In this document: one piece after another, positions 50,110-60,532 of the stretch | How positions within the stretch are numbered: the stretch's first letter is position 1 | Layout: each line of letters opens with the position of its first letter | DNA from: Patescibacteria group bacterium | Lineage (GTDB): Bacteria > Patescibacteriota > Microgenomatia > Levybacterales > UBA12049 | Assembly (NCBI GenBank): GCA_035946335.1 | Contig: DASYZL010000006.1 | Span: 1,772-65,771, forward strand | Direction: 5' to 3' | DNA: 64,000 bases | Position numbers and translations under genes: made by a program | The notes under the pieces: model-generated | What the model was told of the DNA's origin: nothing | Seen by the model: the letters and a program-made list of their open reading frames with translations, nothing else | Databases searched by the model: none

Positions 50110-51327
50110 TTACTTTTTCTTTTTCCAGATTATTTTATTGTAAATAAGATAATTCATCGGGATGACGATAAAGGCAATGGTCGGCACAAGAATAATGTCC
50201 CTTGTGGGAATATGGAATGAAAAAATGGTTGTTGCTGGTCCGAAAGCAAGTACACCAATCCATATTGCCAGAAACTGGACAATAACCGCACCGAATGATG
50301 TCAGGTTGAAGGTAATACCCCTTTTGATAGTTTGGAAAATATTACTGTGTGCCCTGTCGTGAAATGTCCACAGGTTATTAAGTGTAAAATTAAAGAGAAT
50401 CGCTCCTTCAGCCCCGATTCCTGCAGCGACACCGTTAGCAAAAGCAACAGTATCAGATGTATGGACAAGAACTGTAAGTAACGGATGCAAAAGCACGGCA
50501 AGAAAGGACGCAACCCCTGTATAATAGGATCCTTCCTGCAAGGCAAGTTGGATTATAAACCCTGTTCCTCCCACTATAAGAAATTTAATAAACCGTTCAA
50601 ACTCTTTCAAACGGGTAAAAATAACAAACCGCAACACATCCATAATGTAACTGAAGGAAGCAATCTTTGAGCTACCCAGTTTCCTGTCTGAAAAATGCAA
50701 AGGAACTTCCCCGATTTTATATCCATCCCGTACTGCCTTATGCAAGAATGCTATCTGAAAAATATATCCGCCGAAATTTGCCATCTCCGGACGAACTTTC
50801 AGAAATACCTCTTTCCGTATAGCACGAAACCCCCCTGTCCAGTCATGAATGCTGAATTTTGTAAAGACGGTTCTCACAAACAGGTTAGCAGTAATTGAAA
50901 ACATCTTTCTTTGTAACGGCCAGTTTTCAGGAATAGAACCGCCCCCGCTGTAGCGAGTCTGGATGACCATATCATATCCCTCATCTATCTTCTTTACAAA
51001 CTTCACGATATCATGCGGGTCAAACTGAAAATCCGCATCAATTTCTATAACTACGTCCGCTCCTCTCTTTTCTATTGCTTCCCCCATAGTGCGAAGATAC
51101 GCTGCGCCTAATCCTTTTCTCTCTCCTTGATTCATATCAAGATTTTTATATTTCTTCATCAAACTCTTTATAATGTCGCCAGTCCCGTCAGGAGAATAAT
51201 CATCCGCAACAAGAATGTACATCTCGTGATCTTTTATTCTCGGGAACACTTCTTCTTCCAGAACGGTAATAAACTTTTCAATATTATCTTTTTCATTGTA
51301 TGTTGCAGGAATTACAAAAATTTTCAT
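50110..51327 (-). CDS. GT2 polyprenol-phosphate glycosyltransferase fused to GtrA
   Basis: TYNEKDN, DDYSPDGT, DADF, GGFRA; C-terminal KFLIVG..LNNLWTF. Confidence 0.9.
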   Translation of the reverse strand: MKIFVIPATYNEKDNIEKFITVLEEEVFPRIKDHEMYILVADDYSPDGTGDIIKSLMKKYKNLDMNQGERKGLGAAYLRTMGEAIEKRGADVVIEIDADFQFDPHDIVKFVKKIDEGYDMVIQTRYSGGGSIPENWPLQRKMFSITANLFVRTVFTKFSIHDWTGGFRAIRKEVFLKVRPEMANFGGYIFQIAFLHKAVRDGYKIGEVPLHFSDRKLGSSKIASFSYIMDVLRFVIFTRLKEFERFIKFLIVGGTGFIIQLALQEGSYYTGVASFLAVLLHPLLTVLVHTSDTVAFANGVAAGIGAEGAILFNFTLNNLWTFHDRAHSNIFQTIKRGITFNLTSFGAVIVQFLAIWIGVLAFGPATTIFSFHIPTRDIILVPTIAFIVIPMNYLIYNKIIWKKKK

Positions 51328-52286
51328 ACCGTCTTAAAATATTCTATTGTTTTTTGTAGTCCTTCTTCAAGGGGAACTTTTGGCTCCCAGCCTAACAATT
51401 TTTTCGCTTTAGAAATATCCGGACAACGCCTGTTCGGATCATCCGCTGGTAATTCCTCAAACACAATTTGTGAAGATGACTTTGTTAGTTTTTTGATAAG
51501 TTGGGCAAATACTTTAATAGATCTTTCATTCGGATTTCCAAGATTGACTACTTCTCCATTTATATTCTTTGTAAACATGAGTTTCATAAGCCCTTCAACC
51601 AAATCAGAAACAAAGCAGAAAGAGCGTGTTTGCTTTCCTTTTCCATAGATCGTCAGGGGTTCATTGTGTAGCGACTGTAAAATAAAATTGGAAACAACCC
51701 GTCCATCATCATTTTGCATATGCGGCCCGTAGGTATTAAAAATTCGCGCAATACGGGCATCCAGAGAAAACTTCCGTACGTATGCTATTGTTATCGCTTC
51801 ACCAAACCGCTTCCCTTCGTCATAGACCGACCGGATACCATTGGGATTCACGTTTCCCCAATAGGTTTCAACCTGTGGTGAAACTTTCGGATCACCATAT
51901 ACTTCAGATGTAGAGGCGTATAGAAATCGTGAAGACATTTTTTTTGCAAGGTTTAACAGGATATAGGTTCCCTGCGAATTGACACGGAGTGTTTCAATTG
52001 GATAGCTCATATAACTGCGCGGACTTTTCAGGTTCGGAGAAGCTGGAGAGGCAAGGTGAAAAATATATTGCGGAAGAGGAATATGCTCAAAATCATGCTC
52101 AGTAAGCAGTAAAATATCTTTCTGTAAAAAATGAAAGTGAGCATTTGAAAAAAACGGATTGATATTCTTTTTACTGCTCGTCAGAAAGTTATCGATACAA
52201 ACAACTTCATATCCATCAGCAAGCAACCGCTTGCATAGATGTGAACCAATAAATCCTGCGCCACCCGCAATGTATACGGTTTGCAT
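51324..52286 (-). CDS. UDP-glucuronate decarboxylase (UDP-xylose synthase-like)
   Basis: GGAGFIG, HLASPASP, STSEVYGDP, YDEGKR, DGRVVSNF. Confidence 0.92.
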   Translation of the reverse strand: MQTVYIAGGAGFIGSHLCKRLLADGYEVVCIDNFLTSSKKNINPFFSNAHFHFLQKDILLLTEHDFEHIPLPQYIFHLASPASPNLKSPRSYMSYPIETLRVNSQGTYILLNLAKKMSSRFLYASTSEVYGDPKVSPQVETYWGNVNPNGIRSVYDEGKRFGEAITIAYVRKFSLDARIARIFNTYGPHMQNDDGRVVSNFILQSLHNEPLTIYGKGKQTRSFCFVSDLVEGLMKLMFTKNINGEVVNLGNPNERSIKVFAQLIKKLTKSSSQIVFEELPADDPNRRCPDISKAKKLLGWEPKVPLEEGLQKTIEYFKTV

Positions 52287-52335
52287 ACAAGCATTATAGA
52301 AGGAAAATATAGTTTATGCAAAGGAGGAGTATATA

Positions 52336-53013
52336 TTATTTTGTTTCCGATTTTTGTAAAAGTGAGAGTACTTGCATTACTGCTTCAGAGTGAAAGAGTA
52401 CTTTATGATGTCCTTTTTCATGAATACGGATATTCTCAGCTCCTTGCAAGTAACTACCACTTGGGATGTGGTTATCAAATTCCGGAAAAATAGAAACAAT
52501 TTGGCCATTCACTTCCTCATGTGACTGAAGTTCGCGGATCACCTCACTTCCTGGAAGCAATTCTTTAAATGGGGTAAATGGTACTACTCCTGCAACAGGC
52601 GAGCCGGAAAACGGCGTTGCAATCGCTATCAATGTATCTATCCGACCATCTTCATTATCATGAACTAAAAGATATTTTCCAATCAAACCGCCTTTACTAT
52701 GTGCTATAAGTACGACATGATTGAGATTGTTCTTTTCTATTACTTCACGCGTAATCCTTGCTGAATCCTGAATTGTATGGAGATTGTCACCCAAACTCGG
52801 AACTACGTAGACCGCATGCCCTGCTTGAGAAACTGCGTCTCCGATCTTTCTGAGAAAACCCCACCGTTCAATGATACCAGGCAGAAGAATAACCGGAGAT
52901 TTACCTTCTTCATGCTCAAGATAATAGCTCGGTGGTTTAGGAGAAAGATGAGACCGTAGTTGTTCTGTCAAGAGACGAGTATAATCGGAGGTCCAAACTT
53001 TTATTTTTTCCAT
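52336..53013 (-). CDS. alpha/beta hydrolase (lipase/esterase-like)
   Basis: VILLPG, AHSKGG, ATPF.GS, GHH. Confidence 0.88.
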   Translation of the reverse strand: MEKIKVWTSDYTRLLTEQLRSHLSPKPPSYYLEHEEGKSPVILLPGIIERWGFLRKIGDAVSQAGHAVYVVPSLGDNLHTIQDSARITREVIEKNNLNHVVLIAHSKGGLIGKYLLVHDNEDGRIDTLIAIATPFSGSPVAGVVPFTPFKELLPGSEVIRELQSHEEVNGQIVSIFPEFDNHIPSGSYLQGAENIRIHEKGHHKVLFHSEAVMQVLSLLQKSETK

Positions 53014-53269
53014 AATTCCCATATGTATGCATGGTTTATAATACAAAAGGTGCAAGCATCTTGGATTGTTTCATGTACGACTTATTCACATTGTCAAAGT
53101 GTTTCACAAGCAATTCTTCTTCATCTTCTGCATGGTAACAACCCTAGAGACAAAATTTGAGTAAGACATATTACTAGACTAACATAGCAATATATCTCTC
53201 GCAATACGTGGTTGTGACAAAATAGGGGTGGAAATTCTATTTCGCGTATGTTACAGTTATAATCATTCT

Positions 53270-54268
53270 ATGGGCAAGAAGGCACTGATTGTTGGTGTTT
53301 CCTCACAAGACGGTTCATATTTGGCGGAATTTTTGCTTGACAAAGGGTACGAAGTTATAGGCACAATCCGCCATTCCACAAATTTTTACCAGGAAAATAT
53401 CTCTCACCTGTATGGGAAAATTGCAATCAGAGCAGCTGATGTCATTGATGGAGAAAGCATTGCTGATGTGGTAAAACACTATAAACCTGATGAAGTATAT
53501 AATATGGCTGCACAATCAATTCCTGCAGACAGTTGGACACATCCGTTCTACACCGGTGAAGTAACAGCATTGGGGCCTGTACGGGTTTTAGAAGCAATAA
53601 AACATCATGCACCTAACGCCCGGTTTTATCAAGCAACCAGTCGCGAAATCTACGGCAATGTCAGTGGAACTATTACTGAAGAAGCGGCATATGATGCAAA
53701 CAACCCGTATGGGATTGCAAAAGCATATGCACATATGATGACACGCTGCTACCGTGAGTCATTCGGGATTTTTGCGTGCGGAGGCATTCTCTTTAATCAC
53801 GAGAGTCCACGGCGGAGCCTACATTTTGTCACACGGAAAATTTCTGCAGGTGTCGCGTGTATCAAAAACAAGGTAAAAAATCCACCCCTTAATGAACTTG
53901 GAGAACCATTAATTAAAAATGGTAAATTGCATATGGGAGATTTGGACAGTATGCGTGATTGGGGGTATGCAAAGGAATATGTTGAAGCGATGTGGCTCAT
54001 GCTGCAGCATGAGAAACCACAGGACTATGTTATCGGGACGAATACCTCTTATGCTGTCAGGGAAGCATGCCGGCTTGCCTTTGCACATGTAGGACTGAGC
54101 TGGGAAGATTATGTTGTGTCTGATAAACGGCTATTCAGACCTACGGAAATTAAGCATTTAAAGGGTGATTATACAAAAGCAAAAAAGGAATTGGGCTGGG
54201 AACCGAAAACGTATCTTGAAGATTTAATGAACTTAATGGTTGATGCTGATTTAGAGCGATTTACGTAA
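53270..54268 (+). CDS. gmd: GDP-mannose 4,6-dehydratase
   Basis: QDGSYLAE, YGIAK, LFNHESPRR, FVTRKI, RDWG. Confidence 0.93.
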   Translation: MGKKALIVGVSSQDGSYLAEFLLDKGYEVIGTIRHSTNFYQENISHLYGKIAIRAADVIDGESIADVVKHYKPDEVYNMAAQSIPADSWTHPFYTGEVTALGPVRVLEAIKHHAPNARFYQATSREIYGNVSGTITEEAAYDANNPYGIAKAYAHMMTRCYRESFGIFACGGILFNHESPRRSLHFVTRKISAGVACIKNKVKNPPLNELGEPLIKNGKLHMGDLDSMRDWGYAKEYVEAMWLMLQHEKPQDYVIGTNTSYAVREACRLAFAHVGLSWEDYVVSDKRLFRPTEIKHLKGDYTKAKKELGWEPKTYLEDLMNLMVDADLERFT

Positions 54269-54293
54269 GCACCTTTTTATCATATATGATAAG

Positions 54294-54938
54294 ATGAAAC
54301 GCGCTAATCATACGCCGCTTGTCCCTTTACACATTCTCCAAACGTTTACCGTTCCCGCTGATGCAAAACAATCAAATAAACTGCTGGATACATTTCAAAA
54401 GAAATGGAAACAAGAACATGGTGGAAAGAAAGGGATAGCTTTTGCTCCTTTCCGTGGACAACCTTGGCATCCCGGCCATGTACACGTGATACAAGCAGCA
54501 CTCCTTATTGCAAACCAGCTAATCATCGGCATTGGGAGTGCAAATATAAGCAGGACCGACGAAAACCCCTGGACAGCGAACGAGAGAAAAACTATGCTCA
54601 TTGATTTACTGAAACGGGAACAGATTGACAGGAATCGTATTCGTATTATTACCATAGATGATGATCCAAGCGATGATATCTGGTTACAAAAAACGCTTGA
54701 AAAAACGGGAAAACAGATAGATGTCGTTGTCAGTAATAATGAGTGGGTAAGTAGCATTTTTCAAAATGCACATTACGTAACACAAACAGTTCCGTTTCTT
54801 GGCGGAACATTACCTAACGGAAAAGCATACGAAAAGCGGATTAAAGCAGAAGAAATCAGAGCGTTTTTACGTGAAAAGGGATATCTACCGTCGTTTGAAA
54901 AAAATCAGAATACGGGAAGCCTGGCAATAACAGCGTAA
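54294..54938 (+). CDS. NadM-like nucleotidylyltransferase
   Basis: RGQPWHPGH, IGIGSA, NPWT..ER. Confidence 0.8.
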   Translation: MKRANHTPLVPLHILQTFTVPADAKQSNKLLDTFQKKWKQEHGGKKGIAFAPFRGQPWHPGHVHVIQAALLIANQLIIGIGSANISRTDENPWTANERKTMLIDLLKREQIDRNRIRIITIDDDPSDDIWLQKTLEKTGKQIDVVVSNNEWVSSIFQNAHYVTQTVPFLGGTLPNGKAYEKRIKAEEIRAFLREKGYLPSFEKNQNTGSLAITA

Positions 54939-54945
54939 ATATACT

Positions 54946-55434
54946 ATGGATTACCATAAGTCTGTTGAGCAAATTATTCGCTTATTGGAATCGCACGATT
55001 GCTGGTTTGAGTCGTTTGAACATGAACCGGTCGTCACGTGTAAAGAAGCAGTAAAAACCCGTCCTGGCTATACGCTTGAACAAGGGGTAAAAGCGTTAAT
55101 TATCCGGGCAAAAATTCCTCATATTGGCAAAAAATTTGTTATGATTGTTTTTCCTGCCCATCAAAAATTTGATACTAAAAAAGTAAATCGGGTATTAAAC
55201 ACAAAAGATATTCGTTTTGCTACAGTTGACGAAGTATTACAACTCACAGACGGAGTACAACCAGGAGGAATACCACCGTTTGGCAATATCTTTTCTCTAG
55301 AAATCATTGCGGACAAAACACTATTTGAACAGGAGAAGATTGTTTTTAATGCAGGAGACCGGCGGTTTTCTCTTGCAATAAAATCAGAGGATTATCTCAA
55401 AACGGCTAAGCCTCGTATCGAAAATATTATTTAG
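54946..55434 (+). CDS. YbaK/ProX aminoacyl-tRNA deacylase family
   Basis: KALII, GVQPGGIPPFG, FNAG. Confidence 0.88.
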   Translation: MDYHKSVEQIIRLLESHDCWFESFEHEPVVTCKEAVKTRPGYTLEQGVKALIIRAKIPHIGKKFVMIVFPAHQKFDTKKVNRVLNTKDIRFATVDEVLQLTDGVQPGGIPPFGNIFSLEIIADKTLFEQEKIVFNAGDRRFSLAIKSEDYLKTAKPRIENII

Positions 55435-56391
55435 CTACTGTTTCCTCCAATATGCTAATACATCCTGTAATGATTTCTTCAAAGGGATTGTTGTCTTCCA
55501 TTCCGTGAGTTTCTTCATTTTTGACGGGTCACAAACAAGTTCAGGATTATCACTGGGACGAAGCAGTGATGGATCTTGTGCAACAGTAATTTTTACTGTG
55601 CTCATAGCTAAAAGCATGTCCAAAACGTCTTGAATCGCATATTGTTTTCCTGAACCGATATTATAGACGTCTCCTGTTTGTCCTCTTTCCATTAACAAGG
55701 CGTATGCTTTTACCATATCCCGGACATCAGTGAAATCCCGTTTTGCTTCCAGATTACCAACGCTGATAACCGGCTTCTGTTTTCCCTTTTCAATTAACGC
55801 AATTTGGCTTGCAAAATCCGCTATTACAAACCCTTTTGTCTGCCTGGAACCAATGTGGGGGAACGGACGGACACGGATAATTGGTTGACGATAGGAAAGA
55901 AAGTACTGCAGCCCTAAAAAATCCTGAGCAATTTTTGAAACCGCGTAAGGATTTGCAGGACGGAGTGGTGTTTCTTCATCAATCGGTAAATCTTCTTTCT
56001 TTACATACCCGTATACTTCTGCCGATGAAACAAGCAGCAGTTTTGTCTTTGTCAAGTTCTGTTTTCGTACACTCTCCAGCAGGAAAATCTCAGCATCAAT
56101 GTTATTGTGAAATGTTTCGGAAGGATTAACAAAACTATTTCTTACTGATGACGATGCTGCAAGATGGTATATTTCGTCAAGTTTTTTTGTAGTAATAAGT
56201 GCATTAACATCATGCTGATGGGTTAAATCAATCCGGACAAGATCAAGTTTTTTTTCTATTGCAGAAACATTTTTCAAACTTTTTTCAGCTAAAAATGTAC
56301 CGGTAATATGCACATTACCTGTGTTTACAAGCAGTTCAGCAAGATGGCTTCCGGCAAAACCGGTAATACCGGTGATGAGAATATTTTTCAT
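55435..56391 (-). CDS. GDP-4-keto-6-deoxymannose reductase-like SDR (Rmd/Gmd family)
   Basis: GITGFAG, SSAEVYG, YAVSK, RPFPHIG, RDFTDVRD. Confidence 0.8.
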   Translation of the reverse strand: MKNILITGITGFAGSHLAELLVNTGNVHITGTFLAEKSLKNVSAIEKKLDLVRIDLTHQHDVNALITTKKLDEIYHLAASSSVRNSFVNPSETFHNNIDAEIFLLESVRKQNLTKTKLLLVSSAEVYGYVKKEDLPIDEETPLRPANPYAVSKIAQDFLGLQYFLSYRQPIIRVRPFPHIGSRQTKGFVIADFASQIALIEKGKQKPVISVGNLEAKRDFTDVRDMVKAYALLMERGQTGDVYNIGSGKQYAIQDVLDMLLAMSTVKITVAQDPSLLRPSDNPELVCDPSKMKKLTEWKTTIPLKKSLQDVLAYWRKQ

Positions 56392-57686
56392 CGTCCGACC
56401 CCGACATAGATAAATCCGATGTCTTGCATTTTCGAAGGATCATAGATATTTCGTCCGTCAATCAAGGTATTCCCTTTCATCAAGCTCTTCATTTTCTTCA
56501 TGTCCAGCTGCTTGAATTCACTCCATTCTGTAATAAGGAGCAATACATCAGTCTCTTTTGCTGCTTCATATGCATCATGACAAAACGAAAGTCCTGAAAA
56601 TTCCGGAAGCTTTTTTGCATTATTTATTGCAATGGGATCATACGCTTTAACTATTGCGCCCAATTCAAGCAGTTTAGGAATAATAATACGAGATGGTGCA
56701 TCACGCATATCATCCGTATCAGGCTTAAAGGATAAACCCAATACGCCGATTGTTTTCCCTTTTACATTACCCTGAAGTGCTTTACGAACCTTTGTGACAA
56801 TTGCTAACATTGCCTGCCTGTTAATTTCTTCCACATCTTTCAACAGGGTAAAGTCATAATTATAATCTTTTGCAATAGCAATAAGTGCTTTAACGTCCTT
56901 GGGGAAACAACTTCCCCCCCAACCAGCACCAGCATATAAAAAGCTATTACCAATTCTTTTATCAAAACCTACACCTTTCAAAACCTCTGGACCATTTGCA
57001 CCAGTCAATTCAGAAAGTTGCGCAATGGCGTTAGCAAAGGAAATTTTCGTTGCAAGAAATGAATTTGCCGCGTATTTAATCATTTCCGCAGTTTCGATAT
57101 TAGTAAGCACAAACTCGCCATCAATCGGCTTATGGAGTTCAATTAGCACTTTTTGCGCTTTGTCTGATTCAGTCCCGATAACAATTCTGTCTGGATGACG
57201 TGTATCGCTAATTGCCTGACCTTCACGCAAAAATTCGGGACAGGAAGCAATATCAAACTCTACTTTTTCCGTCTTTTCCTTTTCAATAATCGCTTTGACT
57301 TTTCTATTTGTCCCAATCGGCACGGTACTTTTTGTGATGACAACAGTGTAGCCGTCAAGGTGTTGTCCAATTTTTTCTGCAACTTCAAATACGACTGATA
57401 AATCTGCTTCGCCGGTTGGTTTTGGTGGCGTACCAACTGCAATGAAAATAACATTAGATGCAGGAATAGATTCTGTATAGTCAAGAGTAAACAATAACCG
57501 TCCTGCTTTCACATTTCTGATAACCAATTCTTCCAATCCTGGTTCATAAATCGGCAGGATACCTTTTTTGAGGTTTTCAATTTTTTCCTCTGTATGACCA
57601 ATAACCCATACGGTATTTCCTAAGTCAGCAAATACTGCTGCAGTTACTAACCCAACATATCCATGACCAACAAATGTTAATATCAT
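56388..57686 (-). CDS. ugd: UDP-glucose 6-dehydrogenase
   Basis: GYVG, KSTVP, PEFLREG, GGSCFPKD, FKPDTDDMR. Confidence 0.95.
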   Translation of the reverse strand: MILTFVGHGYVGLVTAAVFADLGNTVWVIGHTEEKIENLKKGILPIYEPGLEELVIRNVKAGRLLFTLDYTESIPASNVIFIAVGTPPKPTGEADLSVVFEVAEKIGQHLDGYTVVITKSTVPIGTNRKVKAIIEKEKTEKVEFDIASCPEFLREGQAISDTRHPDRIVIGTESDKAQKVLIELHKPIDGEFVLTNIETAEMIKYAANSFLATKISFANAIAQLSELTGANGPEVLKGVGFDKRIGNSFLYAGAGWGGSCFPKDVKALIAIAKDYNYDFTLLKDVEEINRQAMLAIVTKVRKALQGNVKGKTIGVLGLSFKPDTDDMRDAPSRIIIPKLLELGAIVKAYDPIAINNAKKLPEFSGLSFCHDAYEAAKETDVLLLITEWSEFKQLDMKKMKSLMKGNTLIDGRNIYDPSKMQDIGFIYVGVGR

Positions 57687-58564
57687 AAGGTAATTTGTTT
57701 CTTTATTTCTTGTAATCCTTCGTCAAACGAGTGAAGTCTTACGCCGAGTGTCGCTATTTTAGCACTATTTAAAGATAAATTAAATGGACGTTTTGCACGG
57801 TTTTTAAAAAATGCTTCCCTGGTTGTCTTTTCAATTAAATCCTTATCGAGACCAAATACCTCTGCAACTTTCACCGCAACATCATACGGATTGACTGGCT
57901 GCGAGCTTCCGGCATGAAAAATCCCTGTTGCTTGTTTCTTGATAATCGCATCGAAAACGCCTGCAATATCATCAATGAATGTTGGCGTATAGTAATGATC
58001 TACGACTGCTTCTATGTGTTTCCCCTGTTGCAACAGAGAGAGAAAGATCCGTACATATTCTTTTTTTTCAAAGTTTGCCCGGTACGGATAGGCGATGCGG
58101 ATTATTGTCCACGGAATACGCGCTTGTTCGACAACTTTTTCTCCCATATATTTTGTCATTGCATACCAGTTAACCGGTCCCCGCTCATCTGTTTCATTAT
58201 ATGTTTGCCCAAGGGGTTTATCACCGGGAAACACCATATCGGTTGAAATATAGATCAATTTCTTTTTTGCTCTTTCACAAGCGTTAACAACATGTTGCGT
58301 TCCGGTAACGTTAATTTGCCAAGAAAAACTTTTTTCTTTCAAATCTTTTTCTTGTTCTGCTCCCTCAACATCAGTATATGCAGCCATATGAATAACATAC
58401 TCAGCACTTGACGGGACAATCCGATTGATAACTGCTTCTCTATCGGCAATATCAATTCCCGTTTTTCGACTGATATCTTCAATTTCATAGGCATCCTGCA
58501 ATAACGCAACAGCTCGTGAACCGACAAGTCCTGAAAAACCTGTTCCAATAAGTTTTGTTTTCAT
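57683..58564 (-). CDS. rmlD: dTDP-4-dehydrorhamnose reductase
   Basis: G.SGLVG, AAYTDV, STDMVF, YAMTK, PTF. Confidence 0.85.
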   Translation of the reverse strand: MKTKLIGTGFSGLVGSRAVALLQDAYEIEDISRKTGIDIADREAVINRIVPSSAEYVIHMAAYTDVEGAEQEKDLKEKSFSWQINVTGTQHVVNACERAKKKLIYISTDMVFPGDKPLGQTYNETDERGPVNWYAMTKYMGEKVVEQARIPWTIIRIAYPYRANFEKKEYVRIFLSLLQQGKHIEAVVDHYYTPTFIDDIAGVFDAIIKKQATGIFHAGSSQPVNPYDVAVKVAEVFGLDKDLIEKTTREAFFKNRAKRPFNLSLNSAKIATLGVRLHSFDEGLQEIKKQITL

Positions 58565-58615
58565 ATATTCTTGTTATTTATTCTTAACGAAAACGATACC
58601 AAAAAATGAAGATTC

Positions 58616-58986
58616 TTAAGATATGTATTTATCTCCTAGAATACTCGGCGCTTTGATAACGATAAATTCTGTATCATCTCCTGTTGCGAATTCCTCAATA
58701 ACTGTTTGTGGATACACGACCCAAAAATCTCCTGCATAAGCAATTTGTTTTATCCCATTTGCCAGAAACGTTGCGCTGCCCTTCAGAACAATCGTAATTT
58801 CAACTGCTTTTTTGTGATAGTGTTTATCCTCAAAAGAAGGCTTTTTATTACCAATATGCTGCCAGGCAACTTCAACGAGTGACGATTTTAACAACGGTTC
58901 TTCCATAAAATCGCCAAAAAACCATTCCTTTTTCCCCGTTGCAAATCTTTTTACCGCTCCAAGAAAAATTTATTTGTTGTGTCCAT
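58616..58986 (-). CDS. cupin protein, apparent 1-nt frameshift near its 5' end
   Basis: HYHKKAVEI..VLKG, GDF..VYP, IVIKAPS; the WFFGDF segment lies upstream of the first in-frame ATG (58906). Confidence 0.6.
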
Positions 58987-59986
58987 ATTGTTTTACATAG
59001 TATTCTTTATATGATCCATTCTTAATATCCTGCCACCAATCCTGATTGTCTTTATACCATCCGACTGTTTTTTCAAGCCATGTGTCAAAATCGTATTTCG
59101 GTTCCCACCCTAATGTAGTACGGATTTTTGTCCAATCAACTGCGTATCTTCTATCATGTCCAGGCCTGTCTTTAACAAATTCGATCATACTCTCATCTTT
59201 CCCAAGCATTTGAATAATTTTCTTCACAACTTCCAGATTGTTGATGTCTTCTGTCATCCCACCAACGCAATAGGTTTCACCAATTTTTCCTTCCTGTAAA
59301 ACCCTTTCGATTGCCTGACAATGATCTTCTACGTACAGCCAATCCCGTATATAGAGTCCGTCACCATATACCGGAACTTTTTTGTTTTCCAAAAGATTTG
59401 TAACGGCAAGCGGAATCATCTTTTCCGGAAACTGAAATGGTCCAAAGTTGTTTGAGCAGTTGGTTATCGTGGCTGGGAGACCATAGGTAACAAAATATGC
59501 TCGAACTAAATGATCTGATCCTGCTTTACTTGCTGAATAAGGACTTCTGGGGTTATATGGTGTTCGTTCATAAAATTTTTCCGTTGTATCCAATGCAAGC
59601 GCTCCGAACACTTCATCAGTACTCACATGTAAAAATTTCTTTATTTTTTGCCGCAATGCAACATCAAGTAACACTTGTGTCCCGGTTACATTTGTTTCCA
59701 CAAAATCAGCTGGGTGCATGATTGACCTGTCTACATGGCTTTCTGCAGCAAAGTGCACAATAACATCAGCTCCTGACATTGCTTTTTCAACTTCGTTAAC
59801 ATCACAAATATCTCCTTTCACAAAATGATAATTGGGATTATGTTCAACTGCTTTGAGGTTTTCCAAATTACCTGCATAGGTCAACTTATCGAAGTTGATG
59901 ATGTCATCATCGGAATGGTTTTTCATCCAGAAGAGAATAAAATTTGAGCCGATAAATCCAGCTCCGCCGGTAATAAAAAGTTTCAC
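58970..59986 (-). CDS. rmlB: dTDP-glucose 4,6-dehydratase
   Basis: DKLTYAGN, AESHVDRS, STDEV, YSASK, DRPGHDRRY. Confidence 0.96.
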   Translation of the reverse strand: MKLFITGGAGFIGSNFILFWMKNHSDDDIINFDKLTYAGNLENLKAVEHNPNYHFVKGDICDVNEVEKAMSGADVIVHFAAESHVDRSIMHPADFVETNVTGTQVLLDVALRQKIKKFLHVSTDEVFGALALDTTEKFYERTPYNPRSPYSASKAGSDHLVRAYFVTYGLPATITNCSNNFGPFQFPEKMIPLAVTNLLENKKVPVYGDGLYIRDWLYVEDHCQAIERVLQEGKIGETYCVGGMTEDINNLEVVKKIIQMLGKDESMIEFVKDRPGHDRRYAVDWTKIRTTLGWEPKYDFDTWLEKTVGWYKDNQDWWQDIKNGSYKEYYVKQYGHNK

Positions 59987-60522
59987 AATTTTTTTTCCTT
60001 TCGCAATCTATCCAAGAGCAGTATGCCAATTATACTACTGGATGCGGTAATTTCACCATCCATAACTTTTTGCACAGCGACGTCAAGGGGAACTTTTACA
60101 ACTTCTATACTTTCATGGAGGTCGGGGTGGGGTTCTCCAAGCGTAAGACCTTTTGCCAAGAATAAATAATTTTTTGCCAGAAAAACGCTTGCTGAGATAT
60201 CAATACTTCGCAGAAATTCAAACTGTTCTGCTCGAATACCGGTTTCTTCCTGCAACTCTCTCTTTGCGGCATGCAATGGTGTTTCGTGTTCGTTGATAAA
60301 ACCAGCCATTGCTTCAAGACTTTGTTTTTCCAGAAGATATCGGTATTGTGAAACGAGATAGAGTTCATATTGATCGGTGAGAGGAAAAACAGAAACTGTT
60401 GGTTTTCGAATCGCAACATGATGCGTTACATTGTCACCATCCGAATAGGTCAATTGTACTTCATCAACATGGAATAACTTTGCGGAAAAAACTTGTTTTG
60501 TTATTTTTTTTGGCGATTTCAT
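59983..60522 (-). CDS. NUDIX hydrolase (ADP-ribose pyrophosphatase-like)
   Basis: QYRY, AG..E....AAKRELQEETG. Confidence 0.9.
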   Translation of the reverse strand: MKSPKKITKQVFSAKLFHVDEVQLTYSDGDNVTHHVAIRKPTVSVFPLTDQYELYLVSQYRYLLEKQSLEAMAGFINEHETPLHAAKRELQEETGIRAEQFEFLRSIDISASVFLAKNYLFLAKGLTLGEPHPDLHESIEVVKVPLDVAVQKVMDGEITASSSIIGILLLDRLRKEKKL

Positions 60523-60532
60523 CGGGAAGCTC

